A stretch of 64,000 nucleotides of DNA, from NCBI RefSeq assembly GCF_006345805.1, contig NC_043011.1:25122464-25186463 (forward strand), in the 5' to 3' direction. Positions 24,343 through 37,744 of this stretch are shown piece after piece. The notes under the pieces were generated by a model, which worked only from the letters and a program-made list of their open reading frames with translations, was not told where the DNA came from and did no database searches. The position numbers and the translations under genes are program-made. The DNA is from Octopus sinensis (taxonomy: Eukaryota). The stretch's first letter is position 1. Each line of letters begins with the position of its first letter.

Positions 24343-27300
24343 AATGCAATGAGGGTCAACAAAAGTCCTGAATATTTCGCTTACAATTTCAAATATTAAC
24401 TAATATTTTACACGTTAAATAATCTGCAGTGAATCTTTTTTTCTTGTCTTTTTAGTGGTTTAATAAGAGGAAGAAGGGCAGTAACTATGATAACCCCTTT
24501 TTCTCTCATACTGGTGGAGAGAAAAAAAAGAACCCAGAAGCTAGAGACTTAAAGCACCAAGGATCAGGTAAATAGTATTACACTGGATGCCAGATTAAGT
24601 GTGCCATTCAATATTTAAGCAAAGTCACCTAGCAGTCAAACTGTGTACCACTCGGTAAGCAAGAGCAGATGCTATCAACAGTACCATGAGAATTCACCTA
24701 GGACAGTTCAGTATATAATGATTTTGTAACAGGAGGAGTGTTAACATGTTTAATGCTTTAATATTAAAAAATTAAGAGGGAATAATTATGTGATGAGAAA
24801 AAAAAAGAAAAACAAAATACAGCGAGTACAGGAGATAACTCTGGACATGTTCCTGCCTTGCTATTACCTCAACAGTAAAGACAATAACTCCCTGTATTTG
24901 TCAAAATAATGTTAGTAGACCCTTTAAGCACTCATACAATAATGTAAACTGGTTGGTTAATTGATATCTTAAAAAGGAGACAAAAAAAAAATTTACAATA
25001 AGTATCACTTTATTAGATTTTTAAGTACAATCACTGCTTACTTTATTATCTCTCTTCCTTTCACTCACTTCCTTTGAAGTATGGTTTGGCCAACCAAAGC
25101 TGATACAAACTTGATAAAATATTTCAGCTTAAGTTACAGTTTCAACCAAAACTGACATTCTTGAGAAGGAAGAATTGTGTGTGTGTGTGTGGTGTGTGTG
25201 TGTGTGGTGTGTGTGTGTGTTTGTGTGTCTGAGAGAGAGCTTGTAATTGTAAAATCATATTTAAGAAATTTTGATATCACTATCTTATTACACCATTCAT
25301 CCAATCAAAGCGTAATCATTCTCATCAACAATTAATAAAAAAATTAGTAATTTGGGTGTGTAACCAAAATAGGATTTGTGATGATACTAAAAAATTTTTT
25401 TTTTCTTTTTTAATGTCCATTCAAATGTGAATATGGGGAATGATTATTAAAGCAAAAGTATGGTGGATTACAAAACACAACACTGGATATTAATGTTGAC
25501 CAATCCATCTTTATTGTTTACAGTTTGAGGAAAATTAATGTGAAACCTTGTTTTGTTTTATTTTTAAATGCATTATCAATGAAATTCACAGTTTTGTCCA
25601 ATGCAATAAGGTTGGACAAGTTCAGGATAACCACACTTTGATTTGGGATCGATTTTATTCAGAAGATAAACAAAAAGTGGGGGAGGAAAACATTTAAATG
25701 GCAGATACAGAGTGAAATAGGAAGAATATGTAAACTAAAGAGGATAGTTTATTTTAATCATCATGTGTGTTCATACAAATACCTGGTCTATGTAAGTTTT
25801 AAAGCCCCAAAATGTAGGAGTTGTAAATAATCTTTGACCCAGAATGATGTTTTAAAAAAATGTTGCCAAATTTAAGAACTCTTTCTTGGTTAGCACCTGT
25901 AAATATAAGCTGTATAAGCTCGCACAAAGATTTCCAAGACCTTAAATATACCACGAGCTACACAAGTTCAGGAAGACAACAACTCTAGGGCTGATGGTGT
26001 GATAAATATGTATTATCATGGCCCATTCTGTTACATTGTTATGGAGGACAGCTCCATGTGGAGAATAATGAAAGCATTTACTAATGAATTCATAATAGTA
26101 GTAATGTGTCAATCACACACATATCTATCTTAATATAAGACCGCAGAAATTCAACCACTGTTCCAGGGGTTTATTTAAAAATTTTTTTTTTCTTTTTTTC
26201 TTAGTCATGTAGTCAAGCTTTCAAACATTTGCTGATTCATGAACTGTAATTAGATATCAACACACTACATAGATTTAAAATTATTAAATAGAAGCAATTG
26301 TAAAGTACATAGAAACAATACTAAGGTTTCTCCACAGTAAATAGGTTTATTATAAATTAAATAAAAATTAAATCAGCCATTCTCGGCAGTAAGAACCATT
26401 GTGTGGCATGTGTCACATACAAACCAAACCATGTAGTTACGAAATATTGCACCTACCAAAAACACAACCCACCAGGAAATTGGTAATTATACCAGAGTAA
26501 TTTGATATGCAAACAACAAATCATGCAGAAAAGTTGAAGAAAACTAATAACACTATTACACTAGTTAATAAACATGTCGAAATTGTTGAATAATGTTTTA
26601 ATTTGCCCTTTCAACTAAGCATTCTATGGATGACTTGGATTATATCCTACTAACACTGGCAATAAAAGATGAATACAAGAACCCCATTTCAGAGAGCGGA
26701 ATGAAGTTGTGCAATGTTGATCACGTTAAGGACATGATTACTGTAAATGAAGAGGACTAGTTTCAACTGAGAATCAAAACTAGATTGTCTCATTTTACAA
26801 TGCTTTGTCATAGTCAGATATACTTCAATAAAAACTGCTATGGCAGTAACTGGTGAATTAAAATGCAGGAACACATAAAAATTTAAATATGCAAATATAG
26901 TTCTATGCATTTATGTGCATGTGTATGTGTGGTGTGTTGTGTTTTCATTCCTGTTAGTACACAACATTAATCATATCTCAAACACAAATTAAGGAGGGTA
27001 GGTATAAAAAGAGTAACCTTCGAGAAATTTCAAAGAAAAAATATGCCGAATCTTGGCACAAAAGATATGAAAGCAATATCCTTTAAGTTCAGACCAAATG
27101 CAAAAGACATTAGCAAAATGGAGGAGTATTAGTAAAAAGGTAACTAAGAGATTGGAAAGACTAAAAAATAAAATCAGTTGTGATTTTGGGGTTTTATTTT
27201 TTTTTTCTCTTTTCTTCTTTCTTGAAAACAAGATTCAAAATTCCTTGAAAATGACTGATATGTTTAAAACATGTTGATAACTTAAATAACTAGGCTATTT

Positions 27301-27896
27301 CTAATGTTTGTTTCAGATAAGAATAAAAAGCAATCTTGTTTTTAATTCAAATGTTTCATTGACTACTATTCTCATCTTGTTTCGTTTTGTTTCTTTTACG
27401 TGTTTTAGCCAATAACTTTGCTGATTATTTTCCTGAAGTAAATGGTGACATCCTACTCAGACAAATAAATAGATACAGGAAAAGCTTCATCACAATGCGG
27501 GCAAAATTGTTCGGACAGCCAAATCCATTTTACAGTGAAATATTTGGCACTAACAAATATAGCCAGCCACAAAAAAAAAAAAAAATCTACAAACTCATTT
27601 AATACTTCATTGTACCAAGGTATATCTCTAAGAAAATTAAAGCAATTATTTGCTTAAAAATTCTAGACATGAAAACATTAAGAAGAAGGGAAATAAAACC
27701 AAAGATGAGGATAGTAGTTTGAAAAATTCTTTGTAATAATAAAATATTTTAACAAAATAAATTTAGAAAAAAAAATGAGGAAAATAGAATATTTACAACT
27801 TTAAAAATATAAATTTATATCATTATATTTTTAAATTAAGAAATAATTAAAGAAAGAAAACATTGGAAAAAGCCAGCAAAAGGAAAAAAAAATCAC

Positions 27897-28031
27897 CTCG
27901 CAAAAATTTGATGAGGACCTACCCCCCCTTAATGTAGATAGTTGAGATTCACTGACACCACCACTGTCCAGCCACGCCCTCAGCACCACGTTGCATTGGG
28001 TACCGTGGTTCCACATCATCGGAACTGGCAT
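27897..28031 (-). CDS. Candidate alternative (cassette or terminal) exon of CARM1
   Basis: GC-rich island after ttttatatttcctatcttgccaag|atgccag|. The AAG acceptor gives YASSDDVEPRYPMQRGAEGVAGQWWCQ*. The CAG acceptor (28024) gives FPMMWNHGTQ...LRGGRSSSNFCE with donor GAG|gtgatt. Confidence 0.4.
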
Positions 28032-28855
28032 CTTGGCAAGATAGGAAATATAAAATTTACTTTTTTCTATTTTCTTTTTTTTAAAAATAAAAAGACACAT
28101 TTAAAAAAAAAAAAAAAAAAAAATCACACACACTGAATGTTGCAATCAGAATAAATCATAATGAAAATAGCTTTCCACTTTTTTTTTTGTTTGCTTGTTT
28201 CATTTTTTTTTTTTTTTTTATTCTGAAACGTAAAAGCAAGACTTTCCAATACAATAAATTTTATAAACTATGGTATTTTTCCTTTTTTTTTCTTTTCAGT
28301 AAAAATGAAACAAACAAGTCATTCTTTTACACCTCTATTATATATACACACACATAATCAGTTATCTTACTAATGATCCTCTCAGAAAGTAATGTTTTCC
28401 TATACCCACAAAAAAAACACATCCTATTGATTGATATATCAATATTTTTATAATTAACTTCCTTCTTTTTTCTCACCAGTAGATTGCAAAAGGAGATGAA
28501 CGTTCTCATTTGAAAATTGTTAATAATCTGAAAAGAATTCATAAAATTAATGAAAAGAGGAGGGGAAAAATCAAATAAATTATGAATTTTTCCAAGTTTA
28601 TTAATGACCAAATTCAAGACCATAATTCTATCAAATTTTACTTCCAAAAGACAAGTTTCAGCTAAGAAATTATTTCAAAATTACAAGAAGTAGAAATTTG
28701 TGTCCACATGATAACAGATATTTTTGAAAAATATCTTTTATTTAGACTAAACCTAAGGTTGTTATTGTTGCTTGGTTTAAGGCCAACCCTTACTGAATAA
28801 GCCTGCTAACGAAAGCATTCTAGCCAGCTACAACCATCCTGCACACCTCTTGAGC

Positions 28856-28890
<35 letters not shown>

Positions 28891-29335
28891 CTACATCCTC
28901 TACTGTGTCCATCTTTCAATCAAGAGGATTAGAGAGTTTGTAATCTTGGTTTGTATTTCCAACAAGTTGAGTGACCCACATATTTGGCAGTTGGCTTTAA
29001 ACCTGAAGACGGGTGTGGGTATATTAAAGTACATTGTGAATGTACATTATTGCTATATAGCAACATATTCTCCATCATTTATAAACATAGTGATACTATT
29101 ACTATGTAATAGTATCTACTGTATCAAAATTAGCGTTCCAGTTTTATGATAATGATCAGCACAATAGCTCTCAGTGCTAATGAAACTTAGCAAAAAGTTG
29201 TGAAGAAAATAACAACTATTACCCTTGCATGATTATATACCTAACTATGGGCTGTCTATATATTTCAATTACTTCAATATATATCTATATAAGCAAGACT
29301 TTTAAGGAGAGAAGTGTTAATAAAATACCTACAAA

Positions 29336-29372
<37 letters not shown>

Positions 29373-30299
29373 TATAGTATGCTGGTTTTGAGCAATTAAA
29401 ACCTCATATCATCCATGTCGTGATTAAACTTTCATTGAAAATTTTTTTAATTTATTTTCAATATGAACAATTTGTTATTCAAGCAATCTCAAGTGGGATT
29501 TTTAAAAAAAGTTTCCTTTGGTATGCCAGAAATTTCAATCAATTTTATATATGTTGGAGGAAAAAAAGATTGATAATGACTTTTCATCAGTTGTTGGCTT
29601 TCTCGGACGAACAAAGTCAACAAGTGGCAAAAATTTCAAAGTCACTGCCAACTTTTCCCTTGTGAAAATCAATGTGATACTCTATTTAAATGGATTGAGA
29701 GGTCCTTCAATTAATATTTGTGGGTTTTTGTATGCAAGTTGAGCATAAAAACAAGTAGCATATGTTTAAATGTACATGTATGTTTGCATTATATATGACA
29801 GGTGGATGGATTTGCTTGTGCACACACACACACACACACATCCCTGATGCAGAAGTATTGCACCACTGAAAATCATGGCATAACAGATTTGTAATGCTAA
29901 AATTATTTTTCAATTGGTTTCTATGAACACGGAAATCAATGGATAAATGCATTTCACATTAGAGAATTTCATGTTATGACTAGATTTTTTTTTTTACTCT
30001 TCTGTAACACAGGATGTGTGTATGGGTGTATGTGTGTGTATTTATAATTCAAGACATAAATACACTTTCAAAAGATTAAAATCACATTTGGAGGGTAATG
30101 TATATAGTCACTTTGATGTACAAGAGATTTTGAAGACAAAATTATTGAAGCTATTGCGAGCTTAGCAGTCAAAGAAAGGACTAATTAGTGACATTGAATT
30201 TGGAATTTCATGACTGCCCACTTTAGGTTAAAACTCAAAACTGTGCTTCTTGTGTATGTGTGTGTGTGCGCGTACATGCATGCGTGTGTGTGTGTACAT

Positions 30300-30378
30300 G
30301 CATGTGTGTGTGTGATTGTACAGGCATGTGTGTGTGATTGTACGGGCATGTGTGTGTGATTGTACGGGCATGTGTGTG
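30300..30378. repeat. 22-bp minisatellite, about 3.5 copies (gcatgtgtgtgtgattgtacgg)
   Basis: Direct reading. Confidence 0.85.
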
Positions 30379-33300
30379 AAGGCATATGAACAATATCTTC
30401 CTTTCTGTATTATCTGAATGGGTAAGATATTGCACAACTGAATATGTTGCGGATATGTACAGACTGCAGGCATTCATTGACTCCCTGGAAAAAGAAGAAA
30501 AAAAATACAATTCTACAAGTCTCAGTTTACTTAACTACAGAAAAAAAATCAATTACAGCTAACACTCTTGGGAAATTACCTGTAATTGGCTAACTAACAT
30601 TCTTTCTGAAAAGAGGGAGGAATTTGGTTTTTATCTTTAAAAAAAAAACACAGAAGGAAACAGGCTTATGAACATTGGTAGTTTATGAATTTTTTTTTTT
30701 ATGAATAGTAATTAGAAATTTATTTCTCACAACACTGTTACAAATTTAGCTAAAGGAGAATTAAAATAAAAAAAATACATTTTCTCTAAGGTTTTCTTAG
30801 AATTTTGTTGGAAAAACCAAAGTTTTACAAACACTTAGTATTTTCTAGTTCTAAAACATTTTTTTCCCTGCAGGTAGGAATAGGCAGAGGGGTCAAAATA
30901 CCATAGTAGCATAATAATCTACAAAAAGGAAACAAATTTAGTCAGTATACTAGCATCTTAATCTGAACATTACTTAAGGAAGAGGGGAGGGTTGACAAAT
31001 GCTTGACCCCCCCACACACACCACCACCACCAAATGCATACACACACACATATTGATTTCTTGCATTAGCACTAGGCCAAAAATCTGCATCTAGCTATAT
31101 GATTTAGCATATAGCTAGGAAATATTTTATCAACCTTGCTAGTAAATATTTCATGAAGCTTCCTATAGCCAGTAAATTATTTTTATCAAAGAATGACAAA
31201 CCAAGCCTATCCATATTAAGTTATAGGCTCACAAGAAAATACTGATCTATTTAAGTACAAACCTCAAATTTCTGACAAGTCACCATTCTTTCCTATGAAA
31301 ATATATTAGCAATGTCAAGTGGAAAACAAAAGCAAATCATATATCAATAATTAACCTGTAAAGTATACAAGGCCTTCAATCATATTACAGAAAATCTTTC
31401 CTTCACTTATATATAATCCAGTGTTACCTATCATTATCACAAACATTTTGTAAATACAAAACATTGGGGTTTTTTTTTTCTTTTCTCTCAAAGATTTTAA
31501 ATCGGGCAGGCAAAATTTAAATGTCTTGTAAATTTAGACTGAAAATATATTTTTTTTAAGTATAAAGTATAACTATCAGAAAGAATAAATTAGTGGTTAC
31601 TATTGATAAACCTAATAACATTGCAGACATGCAGCACATACTTACAATAATCTTACTTATAACCAACAAGCACCATTTGATGATTTCAAGTGCAAACTAA
31701 TCAAGATCCGAGTTCTATAACACTAACTCAACTGAAACAGACCATTATTGAAGTGGTTCACATTTAAATAAATGAGAGAGAAAAACACACAACTGAAATT
31801 TTATTATTGCATAAATAACACAAAATTTCAATAGATATAACTTTCATCATAGTCTTATGAAGGAAATTTTCAAGTTGAATTCCAAACACTAGCCTGCATA
31901 CACCAATAATTGAAAACTTTACATTTATTTTATTTTATTAAACTCTTAAATTCCCAATTACATTGTAAACTGAGGTTTACAAACTATTATTGTGAAAAAT
32001 ATGGCTGAGAAATGGCTAAGGCTTTTCCAGAGAGTCCCACATTCCATAATCCATCATGCTTTGAACAGAGGAAATCAATCTTTTTTTTATATTCTTAAAT
32101 CATAATTTTCATTATATAAATCTGTTATAATCTTGAGTTTACAAAAAAAAGATTATTTAATAATATTATTACATAGAAATAAAGGCTAAAAATGAGGATA
32201 ATCTCAAAACATTTTAATTTAGAACTTGGGTTTAATTACACTAAGACTTTGTTGTAAGTACAAATTGCCACTTCAAAAACTTGCACTTTCAAATCAATGC
32301 ATTGACATGGAATGATAATTCTATTTTCATGACAGAAAACAAAATCTAAGGAATAAAGTTTAATGTGATGGTTTCTATACTTGTCTTCTGCTATATCTAG
32401 CGAAACAACTTTCTACAAAACTTTTCCTGTTGAAGTTGTTTATACCTTTGATATTTGGTAATGTGATATATATATATATAGGAGATTTCTATTTTGAAAA
32501 TGCTTATCAAATCACTAATGGGAATTATGCAAATTCTCTTCAATAAAAAAACTTTTAGACTTTATTTAATAAGATTTTTTTTTAATTCACCTCAAAAAAA
32601 AATTTAAAAAAACAAAAGTACATTTTATATTCAAGATTAAAGAAAGACAACATGCTATCAACAAACTTCCTGGCATTCCATCAATAACATAAACCCAACA
32701 AAATATTGAATATCAGCATATCTAGAAAACTAATCAAATAGCATTCTAGTTCAAATTGGTCTACTAAACACCATTTTTGAATTGATGCAACGAAAATGAT
32801 ATTTTGGGGGTTTGCTTTTTCTTTTTGTTTTTTTTCCCCTTTTTTTTTACTTGTATACACCGACAGAAAAGACAAAAAGAAATCATTGCAAATACAATAA
32901 AGAAGATATAAAAACTGCTGCAGTAAAATGATATTGCACAAGAGTTTGGATTATTTTCGATAAAGTAGATGACTTCATCAGATCAGCTCTTATTTATAAG
33001 AAAGTTAAATGGCTATAATAGCAACATAGTAACTGGGGTGAAGTAGAGAATACACAGGGCATCTGCTTTAATTAGTAACTTGCTTTGTACAGAGAGAGAG
33101 AGAGAGAGAGAGAGACAGAAGCTCTTTTTGCAGTTTGTTGCAGTTTTTCTTCCTTTCTTTCTTTTTTTTTTTTTGGCCATCTTGCCGACTTCACAGAAAA
33201 GCTACATTTATTTTTCAAATTTGGGCAATAATGGCATTTGTTTCCTATGTATATAAAATTCCAACTGTAGTATTGTTTTAAACCAATTTTACTCTTAGAT

Positions 33301-36300
33301 GGTTTCTAATTACTATAACGTTGGGCCCTCCTACATACGAGTGCAGTTTGCATTTGTCCTTTCATTTGTCTTTCAAACCATGTCCCATTAAATCATTTAA
33401 TATCCTGCAGCTAACTTTTCTATTCCCCACTCTTCCACATTTAAATGCAGAAACAACATAGATGGAGAAAATAAATTACTTTGCTTTATTACATACTAAA
33501 ATTTTCCAAAACATTATTAATGCAACATAAAATTACTTCAAATCGAGCTTTTCAACAAATTAAACCAAAATGTTACACAATTTGAATAATGGCATCATGT
33601 TAGTTTAATTTAATTACAATAAATCACATTACATTATAATAATGGTGATGCCTGTAAGCTCTTTATATTCATGCAAAAGTTTATCATGATTGTAATTTGA
33701 TGTTTGGTGCAATCACTATTTCCAAAATTATTTTCATCATTTTATATTTGTTGATACACTTAAAATATTTTTTTTTTGCTTTTACATTTATTGTCAGTTT
33801 ATTGATGTTTCACCATCACATTTATAAGCCTGACAAGAAAACTATCATAAGAAAACCTACAAATATATACAATAAAAAAAAAACCCAGTCACATCAATAT
33901 TATAATGTGACATTCCTTATATATAGGTATATGAATTTTTCCTAAAGTTATCCTAGCATTACAAAAGGCTGCCAAAAAATGGCAACTTGCACTAATAATT
34001 AATCTTCAAAATAAGTTTATAAATGTTTCATCATGTCACAATAGCAACAAGAGAGTTCTGCAGTGAATCCACTGGAAATAAGTAGTGAAAATTAAATTAG
34101 ATATCTATTAGCCATCAAATGCATCTCTAGATCAAGCAAAATGGCTACAAAAAGCATTATAAATTAAATAATAGGCATAATGAAACTGCCTGAATGAAAT
34201 CATCTTCCATTTTGAGAGTTAATAAAACAAGCACACTTTGAAAAGCAGAATACAATTGAAACAAAAGTTGATATTTATCAGCGACTAAATGTTAGTGAGT
34301 TAATATCTAAGGGGAAATACTAAGCAAATATATTTCAGTGAATATATATTTTCTTTCTTGACCAGCTAAAATGAAGCTGATGGTTATGACAATAGCCATA
34401 GAAATAATTTCTAGCTTATTGACAAATCAACTAGGTTAGCACCATAGGACATCATATTCCCATCATCTCCAACTCCCATAAAACAGAAAAGTTAATAAAT
34501 AAAAATGAAATGAACAAAAACTAAAAAAAGATTTTTTTTATTATATTGAAATAATTTCAGCATTGAAAGAATGAGATGAAAAGAGAAAACATAATTATAG
34601 CTATTTGTAAAAAAGAGAAACAAAAATTCAAAGATTGAATCAGAAATGTTGAACAGACATTTCAAACTTAAACCCAATGTGTGTACTATATTTTTCATTA
34701 TTTTAATCGAGAGAAAAAGAGATAGCCAGACAGACAGTGAAAAATCATACACAAATATGTACCTTGAAAGCTAGATGGAATTTGGCTGCAGTATTATTGG
34801 AAATGGAGATATTTTCCTTTTTTTTTTTCTTTTTTTTTTTAATCAGAAAATTTGATTTGCAAAAACTCCCCTAGCTAAAGTGTTTCAGCTTCTTTTTAAA
34901 CTAAAGAGGTCTGTGAAACAACAACAAAAGAACAACATATTCAGTTATCCAGAGTGAAATTGAAGCCGGTCTCAGAAAGAGGTTGCACAGCTTGACTTTT
35001 GAAACAGATCAGGTGAAATTTTTTTTTTTTGTCTTTTAATGCATGTTTTTGTTTGTTTTTCTTGCTAGTTTTTAAAAGGAGAGTAGAAAATATAACAGGA
35101 GTTCTTTTACATGTGGACAAAATCACGTTGTAACATATTCTCATATGAAGAACCTTAAATAGAAAGTAACAAGGATCAGATTAAAAAATTCAAAAGCTAG
35201 ACTAAAAAAAATTTTTTAATATATGCTAAAATCTCAAAGCTTTGTCGATTTAAAAAAAGAATCTCTTGAAGAAATCTCATTGAAGTAACTCATTGAAATC
35301 TGGGAATATTTGCAAATATTTTCAGTAGAAACTTTCAAAACCTTATTTCATTTTGAGAAACAGACATTGAAAAGTTCAACATTACCTTTTACTCAACACC
35401 AAAACAATCCTCTATTTAAAAATTATACAAAAATCAGTAGGAAAATATTAGCACAATAAGTAGTTTTAAAAACATTAAAATAAAATAATAAAACAAAAAA
35501 CCTATTTCAAAACATGAAAATAAAATCCAATGAATGGCTAAGAGTGTAAGGATAAATAAACTGTTTTAGAATGACAATAAAACCATTACTGTATATACAA
35601 AGAAAACAACTACAATATGAGGGGAATTGGTCTCATCAGTTAAAGAAGAAATAAATATACCAGTAAATAGAATTTGTAAAATTCAACGAAATGCTCTCCC
35701 CAAAACATCAGAACTTGCTTCTCTTCACAGCAATCCAGCAGACCTTATGAATTTTTATCAAACATTAAATAAATCAATCTGATTAATTAGTTTTTCTCCA
35801 ACCAAACATTTCCGAACCTTCTCTGTCTAAGGCATACAAACAATAAGGAAAGCAAAGAAAATAGATAAGTGAAGCAGATGATTACGCAATAAAAGTGTTA
35901 TTAAAAAAAAAAAAGTAGAAGACTCCAGGGAAGCTACAAGAAGTAAAAGAGCAGGCATTCAGAACAAATTAATCCAAATGCAAAAACGTAAAAACTGCGG
36001 GCGTTGACTGACTGACCATTCCTGTGATGCCAGGGTCTTTTAGAATCTCTGAAATTCTTTTGCACATAAACCTGATCCTTAGTAAACATATTAACATCTA
36101 TGAATACTACAAGGTTTGAATTTGAACAAAAACCAAATTTTTCCTTTTTCTCTCTCTCTCTCTTTTTTTTTTTTTTGTACTTCCCTCTCCACAACAAAGA
36201 TAAAGTTACCTTCTACCTACATCCAATTCAAGTGCAGGAAAGACATTCCCAACCTTTGCAAACAAAATCCATGAAGTTTAATATATTGGATTATAACAGA

Positions 36301-36547
36301 GTTTACTTCATTTCACTTCATAAAGTTAAAATTTATAACATAAAATATATGCGTGTGTGTGTGTATATAATGAATTATTTCTAGCTGTTCTTTGTTCAAT
36401 TTTATATCTATGATTCTGAACAAAGAGTTGAGTAAAAATTGCAGTTATAACATGTTCATTATATTTAATGCAATGCAAGCTGCCAGACTTGCCAGTTGAA
36501 GTAGTCACAGTGTAGCCTTAAGATTCCAAGACAAATAAGATCATATT

Positions 36548-37246
36548 AGTACGTTTAAATATTTGTTGTGCAAGATTTTTTATGTGAAGTCGTGTGTTGA
36601 AACAGATATTTTTATATTTCGGAATGGTCATATTGCCAGTTTAGCCAATAAAAACATACGCACTATATATTTAGTGTTATTTTGCTTCAGTGTTATTTAT
36701 TTTTTACATTAATCTTAATCTTATTTCGGCCAGAGTTCTTTCGTCACACTCCTGTGACCACATCAGTGGTCCTTTGTTTTCTTCTTTCTTATTTGTGTCT
36801 CTCCTTACTAACCGTCAGCCATTTTGTATTTGTAATTTAAACCCAATGTGTGTACTATATTTTTCATTATTTTAATCGAGAGAAAAAGAGATAGCCATTT
36901 TGTATTTGTAATTTAAACCCAATGTGTGTACTATATTTTTCATTATTTTAATCGAGAGAAAAAGAGATAGCCAGACAGACAGTGAAAAATCATAATAATA
37001 GATATCTAATGTATTTAATTACAAAATATACAAAATGGCTGACGGTTAGTAAGGAGAGACACAAATAAGAAAGAAGAAAACAAAGGACCACTGATGCGGT
37101 CACAGGAGCGTGACGAAAGAACTCTGGCTGAAATAAGATTAAGATTAATGTAAAAAATAAATAACACTGAAGCAAAATAACACCAAATATATAGTGCGTG
37201 TGTTTTTACTGGCTAAACTGGCAATATGACCATTCCGAAATATAAC
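36548..37246 (-). mobile_element. Fold-back Penelope-like (PLE) insertion with about 230 bp arms and captured host DNA in the loop
   Basis: 14-bp direct repeat aataagatcatatt at 36534-36547 and 37247-37260. Arms about 36612-36840 and 37013-37245. Minus strand encodes MTIPKYKNICFNTRLHIKNLAQQIFKR. Confidence 0.72.
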
Positions 37247-37744
37247 AATAAGATCATATTGTTTTCCAGGTTCACACTTTTTGCAGCCACTTGAAAACCA
37301 TTGCTGATCATACAACTTCTCATTAGCACCAGGATAGATATCAAGATTCCACAAACAAGTAAGAAATATAAATGCAACTGTTCATTACAAAAACAGAATC
37401 AATGCTTGCCATTAATTTTATAATTCACACAATTCATTATTTATTACTTTTCCTTTAAGGTAGATTAAACTGAAGGAATTAGGCAGGAACACACTAAAAA
37501 TAACAGCAGACAATTCTGCTAATTGTGTAAGGGTTAATAGTTAACATGATTGTAGATTCTAACCATGATGACAAATAGTTAGTATATTTTACTGTGAATA
37601 AAATTATTTTTGAAGACTAAAAGATAATTTTTTTCAAGAAACCTATTGATATTTCTAATTTTTTTAAATGGCATTTTATTGTTCAAGTATTTAATCTAAG
37701 AGAATTAAGAGCTGTCACCAATGATAACTTTTAATATTTTTTTG

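Noticed and set aside
36493-36516. 24-nt symmetric micro-exon (CYTVTTST) with a GC donor (CTG|gcaagt)
   Set aside because: Needs both an AAG acceptor with a poor pyrimidine tract and a non-canonical donor; no homology support.
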